Positions 17,627-26,777 of a DNA stretch of 64,000 bases are shown here, in pieces. Origin of the DNA: Candidatus Hadarchaeota archaeon (lineage in GTDB: Archaea; CAYQAE01; CAYVLA01). Below the pieces are notes generated by a model, which searched no databases, had not been told where the DNA came from, and saw only the letters and a list, made by a program, of their open reading frames with translations. Every line of letters begins with the position of its first letter. Positions within the stretch are counted from its first letter, which is position 1. The stretch spans positions 1 through 64,000 of the forward strand of contig CAYVLA010000006.1 in the NCBI GenBank assembly GCA_964452145.1, given 5' to 3'. A program made the translations under genes and the position numbers.

Positions 17627-18019
17627 CTATCCTATGAACACCCTTCCTTGCGCAACGATGGAGCCTGCAGGTAGATCAACGGGATCGTTGCACGTCCTAG
17701 CCTTGTCTCCCGCTCGAGCCGCCGGCTTGCCGTTGATAGTCACCGTGAGGCTGCCGGCGATGATGGTTGCCTGGTTGCTCGGAGGCCTCTGGAAGGTGCC
17801 TCCTGTGGGAACGTGCGGCGGTGAGTTCATTGCCACGCTGCCGACTGTAGCCGCAGGCCGCCCTTCGATGACCACGTTGGGGCTGGTGCCGCTCACTATC
17901 TCGCCGCTGAACGGGAAGGGCATGGGCACGGGTTGAGGACCGCCCGGCGACGGAACCATGACTATGTGGGTATCCGTCCCTACGACCTTGTCCCCTTGCT
18001 TGGACGCCGGCTGGCCCAA
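17627..18019 (-). CDS. PAAR domain spike-tip protein
   Basis: MGQPASKQGD, DTHIV, IEGRPAATVGS, INGKPAARAGD..TCND, C-terminal VFIG. Confidence 0.95.
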   Translation of the reverse strand: MGQPASKQGDKVVGTDTHIVMVPSPGGPQPVPMPFPFSGEIVSGTSPNVVIEGRPAATVGSVAMNSPPHVPTGGTFQRPPSNQATIIAGSLTVTINGKPAARAGDKARTCNDPVDLPAGSIVAQGRVFIG

Positions 18020-18023
18020 AGAC

Positions 18024-19631
18024 TCACCCCATGGCGGGAGGCTGTTGCGACATCGTTCCGGCCACCGGAGGCTGCTTGGCTCCGCATTCGCTACAGTAGC
18101 TCGCCGTCTGAGGCAGAACCGCGCCGCAGTGACATGTCTTGGTCTCGGGTCCCCCGAAGTGTGCAGGAGAAGCGCCGCACTTGGAGCATCTCGTGTCCCG
18201 CACCGACATCCTAGCCCCGCACCCCATGCAGAACCTGGGCTTCTCCTTGAAGTTTAGAGTCACCGTCCCCGTTTCCAGACCCGACGACTCTGCGCTAACG
18301 CTGGCAGGACCGAACTGCGTCGTGGATGCAATGACGGTGGCTCCGGAGGAGGCTCCCTTCTTGATCCGAACAGCCGGATCAACCAGTCTGCCGATGTTCG
18401 TCGCCAGGCGGATCTCCATATCGCCTGTGGCCGCGGCTGGCTTGCCGGACTTGTCCAGGAGCGCGACGGTCAGTGTCGAAGTCGATCGGCCATCGGCCAC
18501 GATCTCCCCGGGCTCGGCGCTCAGCTTCAGCCTCTCCGGAGCCGGAGGCTTCTTGGACCTCTTCCGCATCAGGAAGAAGATCACTGCGCCAGCCACGGCG
18601 ACGACCATGACGATGAGCAGCATCTCCTCCAGATATCCAGGCCCTCCGATAGGGCTCCTATTCACGATGATATCAACCGAGAGCGCCTGGGACCGTCCAG
18701 CCTTGTCGATTGCCTTGACCTCGAAAGTGTGAACTCCATCGGCAAGATCCGAAAACGTGTACGACGGCGTGGCGCCCGTGGTGGTCCAAGCACCTCCGTC
18801 AACCCTTACCTCATACCGATCCACCCCCGAACCCTGATCCATCGCTGTCCAGTTCAACGAATAAGAGGAGGATTTGATCTTGGTGCCGTTTACGGTCGGC
18901 GACATCAGGGACGGTGGGAGCGTATCCAGGACGATGTCATCCTGGTATATCGCCGAGACCAGGCCGGCCATGTCCCCGAACTGAGCGGAGACCCTCCGGA
19001 GGCCGTCCTGAGACCCAAGCTCCCACTCCTTTGTCGCTGAGAAGGCCTCCCAGGCGCTCCAGCTGCCCTCGTCGTTTCTGAACCTCATCTGCAACACGCC
19101 CGACACCGCATCTATGGCGGAGAGGGTCAGGGACACCGAGGGAGACGTGGCGTACTCCGTGCCTCCTGCGATAACCACCGATCCCTCAGGGGCACCCTTG
19201 TCGACCCAGATGTTCTCGATCTTGGCCGACTCCGTGTATCCCAGGGTATCGATCGAGTAGTAGGAAAGCCTTGACTTCCCCTGGGCCGTTACTTTGAAGG
19301 GTGCGGTATAGGTCCTGAGAGTGCCAATCGTCTGCCCTTCAGCGTACAGGGTATAGAAGGTCTTGTCGACGCCGGTTGCATCCGTCGCCTTCAGCGTGAC
19401 AGTTACGTCCGATGTGTACCACCCATTCTCGCCTTTGGTGCCCGAGAGGGAGACATTGGTCACCGGGGGGAATATGTCGATTATGATGATGGGGTCAACA
19501 TAGGGTATCTGGGGAACGTAAGGTACGTAGGGCGAGTCCGCTGCAGCGCAGCCGAGCCAAAGCGAAAGCGCGAAGATGAGGGCAAAGGATGTCGTCCACC
19601 CTCTCCGACGTACGGAAACGGATCTGTTCAT
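18024..19631 (-). CDS. Membrane-anchored protein: signal peptide, Ig/FN3-like domains, TM helix, invasin/Big-like domain, double zinc ribbon
   Basis: Signal RRRGWTTSFALIFAL; NGWYTSDVTVTL; TM LLIVMVVAVAGAVIFFLMRKR; IVADGRSTSTLTV; CMGCG, CSKCG, CHCG, CSECG. Confidence 0.8.
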   Translation of the reverse strand: MNRSVSVRRRGWTTSFALIFALSLWLGCAAADSPYVPYVPQIPYVDPIIIIDIFPPVTNVSLSGTKGENGWYTSDVTVTLKATDATGVDKTFYTLYAEGQTIGTLRTYTAPFKVTAQGKSRLSYYSIDTLGYTESAKIENIWVDKGAPEGSVVIAGGTEYATSPSVSLTLSAIDAVSGVLQMRFRNDEGSWSAWEAFSATKEWELGSQDGLRRVSAQFGDMAGLVSAIYQDDIVLDTLPPSLMSPTVNGTKIKSSSYSLNWTAMDQGSGVDRYEVRVDGGAWTTTGATPSYTFSDLADGVHTFEVKAIDKAGRSQALSVDIIVNRSPIGGPGYLEEMLLIVMVVAVAGAVIFFLMRKRSKKPPAPERLKLSAEPGEIVADGRSTSTLTVALLDKSGKPAAATGDMEIRLATNIGRLVDPAVRIKKGASSGATVIASTTQFGPASVSAESSGLETGTVTLNFKEKPRFCMGCGARMSVRDTRCSKCGASPAHFGGPETKTCHCGAVLPQTASYCSECGAKQPPVAGTMSQQPPAMG

Positions 19632-19771
19632 GATACACACCAAGGGGGAGTCGCACACTTCGTGGACAATTGTTCATATAAATCTCACATGATGACACGG
19701 CAAGCCTGCGAGGAATCACACAACGGCATTGCCTGAGTTTGGAAAACCTCGCTTTCTCTGACCTCATGTTG

Positions 19772-19900
19772 TCAAAAGCCGACCACCGACCCGATCCGCC
19801 TGGAATAACCAAGTATGCCCAAGAAGAGCAAGCCGAAAGGAAGCCCCAGGGCCAATCCCAAGATGAGTGCCCTGACACGTTTCACATGTCCAGTCTGCAT
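19772..19900 (-). CDS. Small single-TM protein, 42 aa (not in the ORF track)
   Basis: MQTGHVKRVRALILGLALGLPFGLLFLGILGYSRRIGSVVGF, translated by hand. Confidence 0.4.
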   Translation of the reverse strand: MQTGHVKRVRALILGLALGLPFGLLFLGILGYSRRIGSVVGF

Positions 19901-19951
19901 TCCCCATTATCGTCATAAACGATGCTACCCAACCTCATAGCAGGTGATTGT

Positions 19952-20098
19952 GTGGACAAGAAGGATCTGGCAGCCGTGGTCCTGATGATCTTGGTCGGCA
20001 TAGCGGCAAGGATCCTCATCCTCTTGTTCGACCAGGGCAAGCGTACTAGGCCCCGGAAGATCAATTGGTCTGAGCATAGATGGAGCAGGGACGACTGA
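19952..20098 (+). CDS. Small single-TM protein, 48 aa (not in the ORF track)
   Basis: AGGTGA SD at 19942-19947, GTG start; MDKKDLAAVVLMILVGIAARILILLFDQGKRTRPRKINWSEHRWSRDD. Confidence 0.55.
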   Translation: MDKKDLAAVVLMILVGIAARILILLFDQGKRTRPRKINWSEHRWSRDD

Positions 20099-20108
20099 AG
20101 ACATGCCA

Positions 20109-21176
20109 TCAGAAATCCATATCGATGCAATACTTCTCCATAGCGTCACAGAGGGCTTCAATATTCTCCAGGGGCACATTGGTGCCGCTCACTTCCCCCT
20201 TCATCATTAGGCCCCCTTCAGGGGAGTTCAGTCTTTCCACCGACTCTCTCACATGGGTGTGCAGAAGTTCAGGCGTGGTGAAGGCGAACATCTGTCTATC
20301 GAGATCCAGATCGATACACATCTTGCCCTTGTAGGCCCTCTCTATCCCCTCCAAGGTATTGGCCCGGAATTGGGGATCATGAACCGAGACCCCACACTCG
20401 ATAAGATCGTCAACGATCTCCACAAGCCGCCCATCCGAAGAGAGGTGGACATGCACACCTGCATCGCGACATCTGGTGAAGAGGGCTTTGTACAACGGCT
20501 TGATGTGTTTACGGAACTGGGCCGGGCTGATCATCAACCCTCTCTGCGTGCCTATGTCGGTGTGGAAGCCGATTATGTCGACGCCCAACTCCAGCCATTT
20601 GTCCACCAGGACCGTCTCGTGGTCCTGAAGCATCTTGATCAGCCTGGGCAGCTGGGGTGCATCCGTCACTATGTCCCGCATGAGGTTCTTGAATCCGCGC
20701 AGGAAGTACAGCCGATCGAACAGTCTCTCGCCTCCTCCCCAGACCACAAGGCCCAGCTCCCGTCTTCGTCTGATGTCCTTCTTGGTGCTCTCCCAGTCGC
20801 GATCCCCGCGCTCGGACTTCGCGAGCGGATCGGGAAACCTGTAGTCATCCAGGGACTGCCAGTCCTCGAGAGGATGCCCGACGACCTGCCCCTCTAGCCC
20901 GGGCTGGACGTTCCTCCAGACGCATCCCCACTCGTCGGTGTAGTAACCTTCCGCGTAGGCAGCGGGTTGCCGGTCGAAGTCCACGCTTCCCTTCTTGAAA
21001 GCCCCAAAGATGCGCGGATGGGCCATGACTACTTCCTCCAGCTTCTCCCTATAGCACCTCCAGGTGGCCGGAGAGAAGCCCACCGTACACGGAATCCAGT
21101 CCGGACCCCGGAATTCGAGAGCCTTCAGGAAGTTGTCCCTGTAGTCTCGGTTTGGATAGGCGAAGTCGGGGAGCAC
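20109..21176 (-). CDS. URO-D / MtaA-CmuA family protein
   Basis: YYTDEWGCVW, GHPLEDW, LFDRLYFLRG, DIGTQRGLMISP, HLSSDG; GGTGA SD before GTG 21176. Confidence 0.85.
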   Translation of the reverse strand: MLPDFAYPNRDYRDNFLKALEFRGPDWIPCTVGFSPATWRCYREKLEEVVMAHPRIFGAFKKGSVDFDRQPAAYAEGYYTDEWGCVWRNVQPGLEGQVVGHPLEDWQSLDDYRFPDPLAKSERGDRDWESTKKDIRRRRELGLVVWGGGERLFDRLYFLRGFKNLMRDIVTDAPQLPRLIKMLQDHETVLVDKWLELGVDIIGFHTDIGTQRGLMISPAQFRKHIKPLYKALFTRCRDAGVHVHLSSDGRLVEIVDDLIECGVSVHDPQFRANTLEGIERAYKGKMCIDLDLDRQMFAFTTPELLHTHVRESVERLNSPEGGLMMKGEVSGTNVPLENIEALCDAMEKYCIDMDF

Positions 21177-21543
21177 GCCACTCACCAGGCCAGGCGGTCT
21201 GGCTGAGAAACCTCCTGAAATAGGTTTCATGGTCGATGGTCGAGGTTCCAAGGTCATTGTGTGGTGTATCCTATGTCTCTGGACACGTGTGCCTAGGGCA
21301 TTTCCGGAAGCTTTGCGCGTTGTCGCCGTTGGGTCCTGTCGAGAACAGTGCAGATCGGTTGGATACACCACACTAGACAGGGTTCACCTCAGTCCAGCCC
21401 GTATCCTCACTTCGGCAGCATCTCTGGGTCGGATCTTGGCTGCCGAGATGGAGGGGAGGCCAGGCAAAGACCACTTCTCGATGCCCGCCGGGGCTCTGAT
21501 CCGTGACGCCCGCAGATACATGCCGGGCCAATGCAACGCACGA

Positions 21544-23505
21544 TCAGGCGCTCGGTTCACGGGGACGCGACCTCAACCACGCCAAGTTGAAGGAGTAGTG
21601 CTGGCGGCTGCTGATCAAGTGGATGATGCCTCGCGCATCCTGGCAGACGGACAGATACCCTCCTCGCTCGGCACTGCTGGAGCTCAGGGTGAAGAGGTGT
21701 CCATCCGTCGTTTCGACCTGGCGTCCAGGGCCGTCATCCGAGATCAGACGCTTATGCGGCCACGTCTCTCCTTCGTCCATCGAGATGGCCCCGAACAGGC
21801 CCGAGACCGGACGCTCGGTGCCTGATGCATCGGTGATCATCAACTCCTTGGCGAAGGAGGCCAAGAAGATGGGCCCCTCCTTAAGCCTCAGCAGCACGAG
21901 GCGCTGCCCACCGCCTATTGGCTGGAACTCGCTGGCCATGTAGGTCCATGTCTGACCCATGTCGGTCGATATGCTTTTCGGCAGCTTGCCGTCGATATCA
22001 TCCCCTCTCCCATACGCCAGTAACCGCCCATCCGAGAGTTGGGTGATGCCAGCGTGTATGCCCGCGGTCTTGCCGCCGGGGTCGTGCCAAGTCTTTCCGC
22101 CATCTCGGCTGATGTGGATGGCCGTCCCTCCGTGGCCCCCGGTTACGGCATCACAAGGCAGGATGATATAACCCTCCCTGGTCATGAACACCGATTCCAC
22201 GGGCATGTGGCGGGTGCCGTGCTCGGGGATGATCAGCCTAGCCCTCGACCAAGTTGCGCCGCTGTCCCTGGATGTCCGCATGACGGTGGCGGTGTTCCCC
22301 CAAGTTGCGGCCACGGATAGGCCAACGAACTGGTAGATGGTGGACTTGCCATCGAACCACAGGGCGGGAGCATGATCGTTCCGATCCGGCACATCCCAGA
22401 AGGGTGATGCGGGATCCCATTCGTCCCGGTCTGGTCTCAGACGACTGGCCAGTAGGCAGAGTTCGCGCCCCGGCTCCTCCCAACAGGAGTACCATATGGC
22501 CAATAGATCCCCATTCGGACAGGGAACTATTGCGGGATCGTGGTTATGGTGCGAGAACATCGGCCCGTTTGACCCTGGAGGGATCTTGACGTACTTGCGA
22601 GGACCTCGGAAGTATGGTTCTTCCGGATCGTAGGCCTCCGGCGGACGCAGTGGCCGCCTCTTTCCCACTCCTTGCTGGTGGAGCGGGGGCGGCATTACGG
22701 GGAGGGGCCTGGTTCTGGGCGGATCCCCGAGGGCGACCCTGAAGCCCAGGAGCCAGTGCTTGTCCTCCGGCAGGGCGCCCATCCTGTTTGACGAGCGGAG
22801 GTAGTAGATCTCCGTGGAATGGCTTCCGCCACGGGTGACGCGAAAGTCACCATCAGCTCGGCCGACTGGGTCGATCTGATCGTGAGGCTCGTATGGGCCA
22901 TACCAGTCCTGGCACCACTCTTCCACGTTCCCATGCATGTCATGAAGTCCCCAGAGATTTGGCGGAGTGCAACCCACGGTGAGATCGACGATCTCGTTCT
23001 CACTGCTCCGATCCGGATCGGGGTACCAGCTCATCCTCGCGTTCTTGTGGAACTCCTTGGGCAAGGTATCCCCGGTGTTGTAGTTGCTCGTCGTCCCCGC
23101 CCGGCATGCGTATTCCCACTCGGCCTCGGTGGGCAGACGGTAGGCCAGCTTCTCCCTGCGTGACAGCCATCTGCAGAATCCTGCGGCTTCGTGCCAGCTA
23201 ACAAAGACCACGGCCTCATCATCGCCCTTGGAGAAGCCCAACTTTCCACGGAGCTTCCGATGATTCCCGTCGTAGCTTTCATACTGGCGATTTGTGACCT
23301 CGAAGGCCCCCAGGTAGAAGGGCCTGGTGATCGTCACCCTGTGGGCGGGTCGTTCGTCGAAGTCGCCCCATGCCAGATGGGGCCTTGGCGCAACTTCCTT
23401 GGGAAGGGGGGTCGAACCCATACCCATCATGAAGCTGCCGGGCTCGATGCGGACCAGCGGCATGCCTAGGGAATTCGTGAATGCCGGGTCGGAAGCCTTG
23501 AGCAT
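21544..23505 (-). CDS. FGE-sulfatase (SUMF1)-like domain fused to a BNR/sialidase-like propeller
   Basis: RLPTEAEWEYACRAG, GLHDMHGNVEEW, GFRV; Asp-boxes SRDSGATW, SRDGGKTW, STDMGQTW, SMDEGETW. Confidence 0.85.
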   Translation of the reverse strand: MLKASDPAFTNSLGMPLVRIEPGSFMMGMGSTPLPKEVAPRPHLAWGDFDERPAHRVTITRPFYLGAFEVTNRQYESYDGNHRKLRGKLGFSKGDDEAVVFVSWHEAAGFCRWLSRREKLAYRLPTEAEWEYACRAGTTSNYNTGDTLPKEFHKNARMSWYPDPDRSSENEIVDLTVGCTPPNLWGLHDMHGNVEEWCQDWYGPYEPHDQIDPVGRADGDFRVTRGGSHSTEIYYLRSSNRMGALPEDKHWLLGFRVALGDPPRTRPLPVMPPPLHQQGVGKRRPLRPPEAYDPEEPYFRGPRKYVKIPPGSNGPMFSHHNHDPAIVPCPNGDLLAIWYSCWEEPGRELCLLASRLRPDRDEWDPASPFWDVPDRNDHAPALWFDGKSTIYQFVGLSVAATWGNTATVMRTSRDSGATWSRARLIIPEHGTRHMPVESVFMTREGYIILPCDAVTGGHGGTAIHISRDGGKTWHDPGGKTAGIHAGITQLSDGRLLAYGRGDDIDGKLPKSISTDMGQTWTYMASEFQPIGGGQRLVLLRLKEGPIFLASFAKELMITDASGTERPVSGLFGAISMDEGETWPHKRLISDDGPGRQVETTDGHLFTLSSSSAERGGYLSVCQDARGIIHLISSRQHYSFNLAWLRSRPREPSA

Positions 23506-23582
23506 GTCGCGGCCGTGGGGTCCAGGACTCAAGAATGTATTGCGGCTTTCTCTCGGGGCCTGCAGAAGGCATACACCCAGCC

Positions 23583-25172
23583 CTATTCGTCAAGGATGCT
23601 CAGCGCCTGGTCCGAGTGGGCGTCCATCACATATGGTATCCCTGATATCCTAGCTGCTTCCTCGCTTAGGGCCATCAGATCGTTCCGGCTGATGGCGGAC
23701 AAGCTGAAATTCCTGCTGCCTGCCATGAGCTGCTGCAGGCCCACCTTGAGCTTGCTGCAGAAGGTGTACATGCTGAGGGCCCCGAGGGGGATCTGCTCGA
23801 TCTGGTTTCCGTAGATGGCCCGGAGTTCCTCATAGCAGACGAAGATCTCCTCAACCTTGCTGCCGTATCGAGCAACGTTCTTGGGCAGATCACCACCCTG
23901 AAGCCACCGTCCGATGTTCTTGCCCACCATCGCCGGTATCATCAAGGCACGCCCCATGCAGACGGCTTTGAAGTATGGGCTGCCCATGGCTAAGGCCTTG
24001 AAGATACCATCCTCCGTCGAGAAACCCCCGGCCATGGCCAGGTCGGGCACCCTAAGTCCGCGCCCAGTGAGCCGCTCGGCGAATCGGTGGGCAAGGCTCT
24101 GGAGGTAGAAGGTGGGTATTCCCCACTCGTTCATCATCGGCCAGGGGCTCATCCCGGTTCCCCCGGGTGCACCATCGATGGTGACCAGGTCGATCTTGGC
24201 CTCCGATCCGTAGCGCAATGCCATTGCGAGTTCAATCGGCGAGTAGGCTCCCGTCTTAAGAGTGATCCTCTTGAAGCCCAGGGCCCGGAGGCGGTCTATC
24301 TCCTCCAGGAATCCCTCCCTAGTGACGAAGCCCAGACGCGAGTGCCTCTCGAACTCCCTGAGAGCGCCGCCGCCGTAGGCCTTCTTGGTCTCACTGTGAT
24401 TGGGGTCCGGCACGACGATGTATCCTCTCCTCTTCAGCTCGGTCGCTCTCTCCACGTCACTAACCCTTATCTCCCCGCCGATGCACTTGGCCCCCTGGCC
24501 CCACTTCAGCTCAATTGTTTCCAGCCCATGCTTGGAAGAGACGTACTCCGCCACGCCGAACCGAGTGTCCTCTACGTTCATCTGAACAAGGATCTCGCCG
24601 TAGCCTGAGTGAAACCGTCTGTAGGTCTCTATTCGGCGATCCATCTCCGGAGACTTTGTCACCTTGCCTCCGGCGTCGAGCCGAAGATCGGGGTCGATTC
24701 CACACACGTTTTCACCGCAGACCAGAGTTATGCCAGATATGGCCGCCCCGATGGCGACGTGCTCCCAGTTGGTCCGAGCTATATCCGTGGAGCCCAGTGC
24801 TCCCGTGAAGATGGGAAGCTTCATCCTCACCTTGCCAGACCAGCCATATTCGGTCTCCACGTTGACGCTGGGAAAGATGGCGGTATCGGGCCCTGCCTCG
24901 ACTCCATTGTTCAGGCCCTTTGCTCCGGCAGCGTATCCCTGTATGTTGAGATGTGAGTAGTCCACGGGATAGTTCTTGTCGGCCCCGACCGTGACCTCCC
25001 CGAAAGGACCCGGGTAGAGGACCTCTCGGCCCCGGAAGGAAGCCAGCCAGATCTCACAACTCCCGGTACATCCATCGATGCACCGGGTACAGATACCGGA
25101 CATGGGAACGACGCTTCGTGAGCGGTTGTGGGTTCCGGTCGCCTCGTTTGCATTCGGCTGCCTGAGATTCAT
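23583..25172 (-). CDS. FMN-binding glutamate synthase family protein (stand-alone domain)
   Basis: N-terminal CTRCIDGC cluster, IELKWGQGAKCIGGE, LKTG, IDGAPGGTG, AMAGG, MGRA; start ATG 25172. Confidence 0.9.
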   Translation of the reverse strand: MNLRQPNANEATGTHNRSRSVVPMSGICTRCIDGCTGSCEIWLASFRGREVLYPGPFGEVTVGADKNYPVDYSHLNIQGYAAGAKGLNNGVEAGPDTAIFPSVNVETEYGWSGKVRMKLPIFTGALGSTDIARTNWEHVAIGAAISGITLVCGENVCGIDPDLRLDAGGKVTKSPEMDRRIETYRRFHSGYGEILVQMNVEDTRFGVAEYVSSKHGLETIELKWGQGAKCIGGEIRVSDVERATELKRRGYIVVPDPNHSETKKAYGGGALREFERHSRLGFVTREGFLEEIDRLRALGFKRITLKTGAYSPIELAMALRYGSEAKIDLVTIDGAPGGTGMSPWPMMNEWGIPTFYLQSLAHRFAERLTGRGLRVPDLAMAGGFSTEDGIFKALAMGSPYFKAVCMGRALMIPAMVGKNIGRWLQGGDLPKNVARYGSKVEEIFVCYEELRAIYGNQIEQIPLGALSMYTFCSKLKVGLQQLMAGSRNFSLSAISRNDLMALSEEAARISGIPYVMDAHSDQALSILDE

Positions 25173-25410
25173 CCGTCTCGCCATCTTTCGCTTGTTGCCT
25201 CTGCCCGAACGCAATCCCTGCGCATGTGAGGAGCGTGCGGGCGCAGAGGACCATGACTCAGAGCGGCCGCATCTGATGAACAATCCATACAAGCAGTATG
25301 TATGCGTACCCACACTACGTATGCAATTGCCTACCGGATGAAGGCCTGCAACTCGATGGCGCTCTGACCGATCTCATCCCGTCAGGGAGGCCTGAGAACC
25401 CCCGCGACCG

Positions 25411-26577
25411 CTACGGATCCATGGCGTTCTGATAATACCTGAGGGCTTCTCTGAAAGTGCTCAGAGGCCTCCTTGACATATCTGCTACCCCGGTGATCCG
25501 CTCGGTTCTGGAGTCCAAGACGGGCGATACCTGCTGCTCGGTGTAGCGAGTGGCCCTGTAGACATGCCTTCCCTGATTTGCAGGCCCCTGCCCTAGGAAA
25601 GGCGACCAGTAATCCCAGACTATCTCCCTATGCGGCGTCACTTCAAAGATCCTTCCGGCGTCAGATTCGCAGATCAGCGTGTTCCCGTTTTCCAGCCTCT
25701 GCACTCCCGAGCGGAAGGGGGAGTAGAAATCCGGCCCTTGCTCATAACGCCAGACGATTTCGGAGCTCTGGGGATTCATCTCAATGACGGCCGACTGGCC
25801 TCTGTAGGTTCCGTTGTCGAACAGGAGGATGTTGCCGTTCCCAAGCATGGTCGGTTGGTGCTGGCCATCGAGGATCCCCAGACCCCATGCCCAGGATATC
25901 TCCTCCCTCTTCCTGTCGATGACCCCTATCAAGTCAAGAGCCCTGAAACTGAAAAGAAGGTTGCCCGCCCGAAATCTCCGATCGCGGTGACCTAGAGGTG
26001 TGTCGGGAAGAAGCTCGATCGTATTTGTGTGGGCCCAGTCAGCCGGCGCCACCTCGCTCTCGACCCCGATGTGATCCCTGCGGGAGTATCGGACCGGGCA
26101 GGGCAGGCCCGCAAGCTCGTGGAGTTCTTCGATGTGATCACCGAACGAAAACTCCCATACCGGTCGCCCCGAGCGATCCAACTCCAAGACAACGTCCGTA
26201 CGCATGTGATCGGGTTCCTTGCCCTGTGCATAGAATCCCTTCCGGACCGGTTCACTCCTCGCAATGAGCAAGATCGTGTTTCCGTTGGGCAACCTCTCGA
26301 AGTCGTGGTGGTAGTCGCCCTTCCAGCTCCATGCCTCCCTTCCATCCGGAGCGAGTTCCTGAAGACCGTACCCGTAGTTGTCCACCAAGAGATCCCCGTC
26401 CGGTAGGATCTCGGCATACTGGGAGTGGGTGACCGGCCAAGTGTGGATGACAAGCCCATTCATGTCTATCAGATACTCGGTGTAGCCAAAGGCGGTTGAG
26501 AAGAGCGTGTAGCCATGATAGGCCTTGCCTTTGTCGTATACCCTGACGCCCGCCCTACCAGGCGAAACGCGATCCAT
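25411..26577 (-). CDS. Arylsulfate sulfotransferase (ASST) family
   Basis: HHDF, DWAHTN, QHQP, LLFDNG, VQRLENGNTLI, VYRA; TTTATA box near 26650; start approximate. Confidence 0.85.
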   Translation of the reverse strand: MDRVSPGRAGVRVYDKGKAYHGYTLFSTAFGYTEYLIDMNGLVIHTWPVTHSQYAEILPDGDLLVDNYGYGLQELAPDGREAWSWKGDYHHDFERLPNGNTILLIARSEPVRKGFYAQGKEPDHMRTDVVLELDRSGRPVWEFSFGDHIEELHELAGLPCPVRYSRRDHIGVESEVAPADWAHTNTIELLPDTPLGHRDRRFRAGNLLFSFRALDLIGVIDRKREEISWAWGLGILDGQHQPTMLGNGNILLFDNGTYRGQSAVIEMNPQSSEIVWRYEQGPDFYSPFRSGVQRLENGNTLICESDAGRIFEVTPHREIVWDYWSPFLGQGPANQGRHVYRATRYTEQQVSPVLDSRTERITGVADMSRRPLSTFREALRYYQNAMDP

Positions 26578-26777
26578 GGGCGAGGCGGTTCGGATGACGC
26601 CTTGATGGTACAAGGTTGGTTCCTCGGTCGGGGAAGGGGTCGCCGGGTATAAATCGCTCTCGCCTCCAGCGCGGTTGAGACTTTCACATCCGGATTCCTC
26701 CAAGGATTCGCTCCGTGCATCGGAAGATAGGAAAGATAGATCACCTCCGCTCAGGGATGCGGCCCCCAAGATCCCCT

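Larger units (their letters stand above)
6438..18019. other. Capsid-less contractile injection system (eCIS/tailocin-like) gene cluster
   Basis: 13 tightly spaced + strand tail/baseplate-region ORFs plus a PAAR gene on the - strand; no capsid, portal, terminase, integrase or replication genes nearby. Confidence 0.88.

Noticed and set aside
6438..18019. Canonical bacterial T6SS
   Set aside because: No TssB/C split sheath, TssJLM, TssK or ClpV; the sheath is a single phage-type protein.
21544..23505. Formylglycine-generating enzyme maturing the sulfatase at 35896
   Set aside because: The catalytic Cys pair is absent from the RGGS motif.
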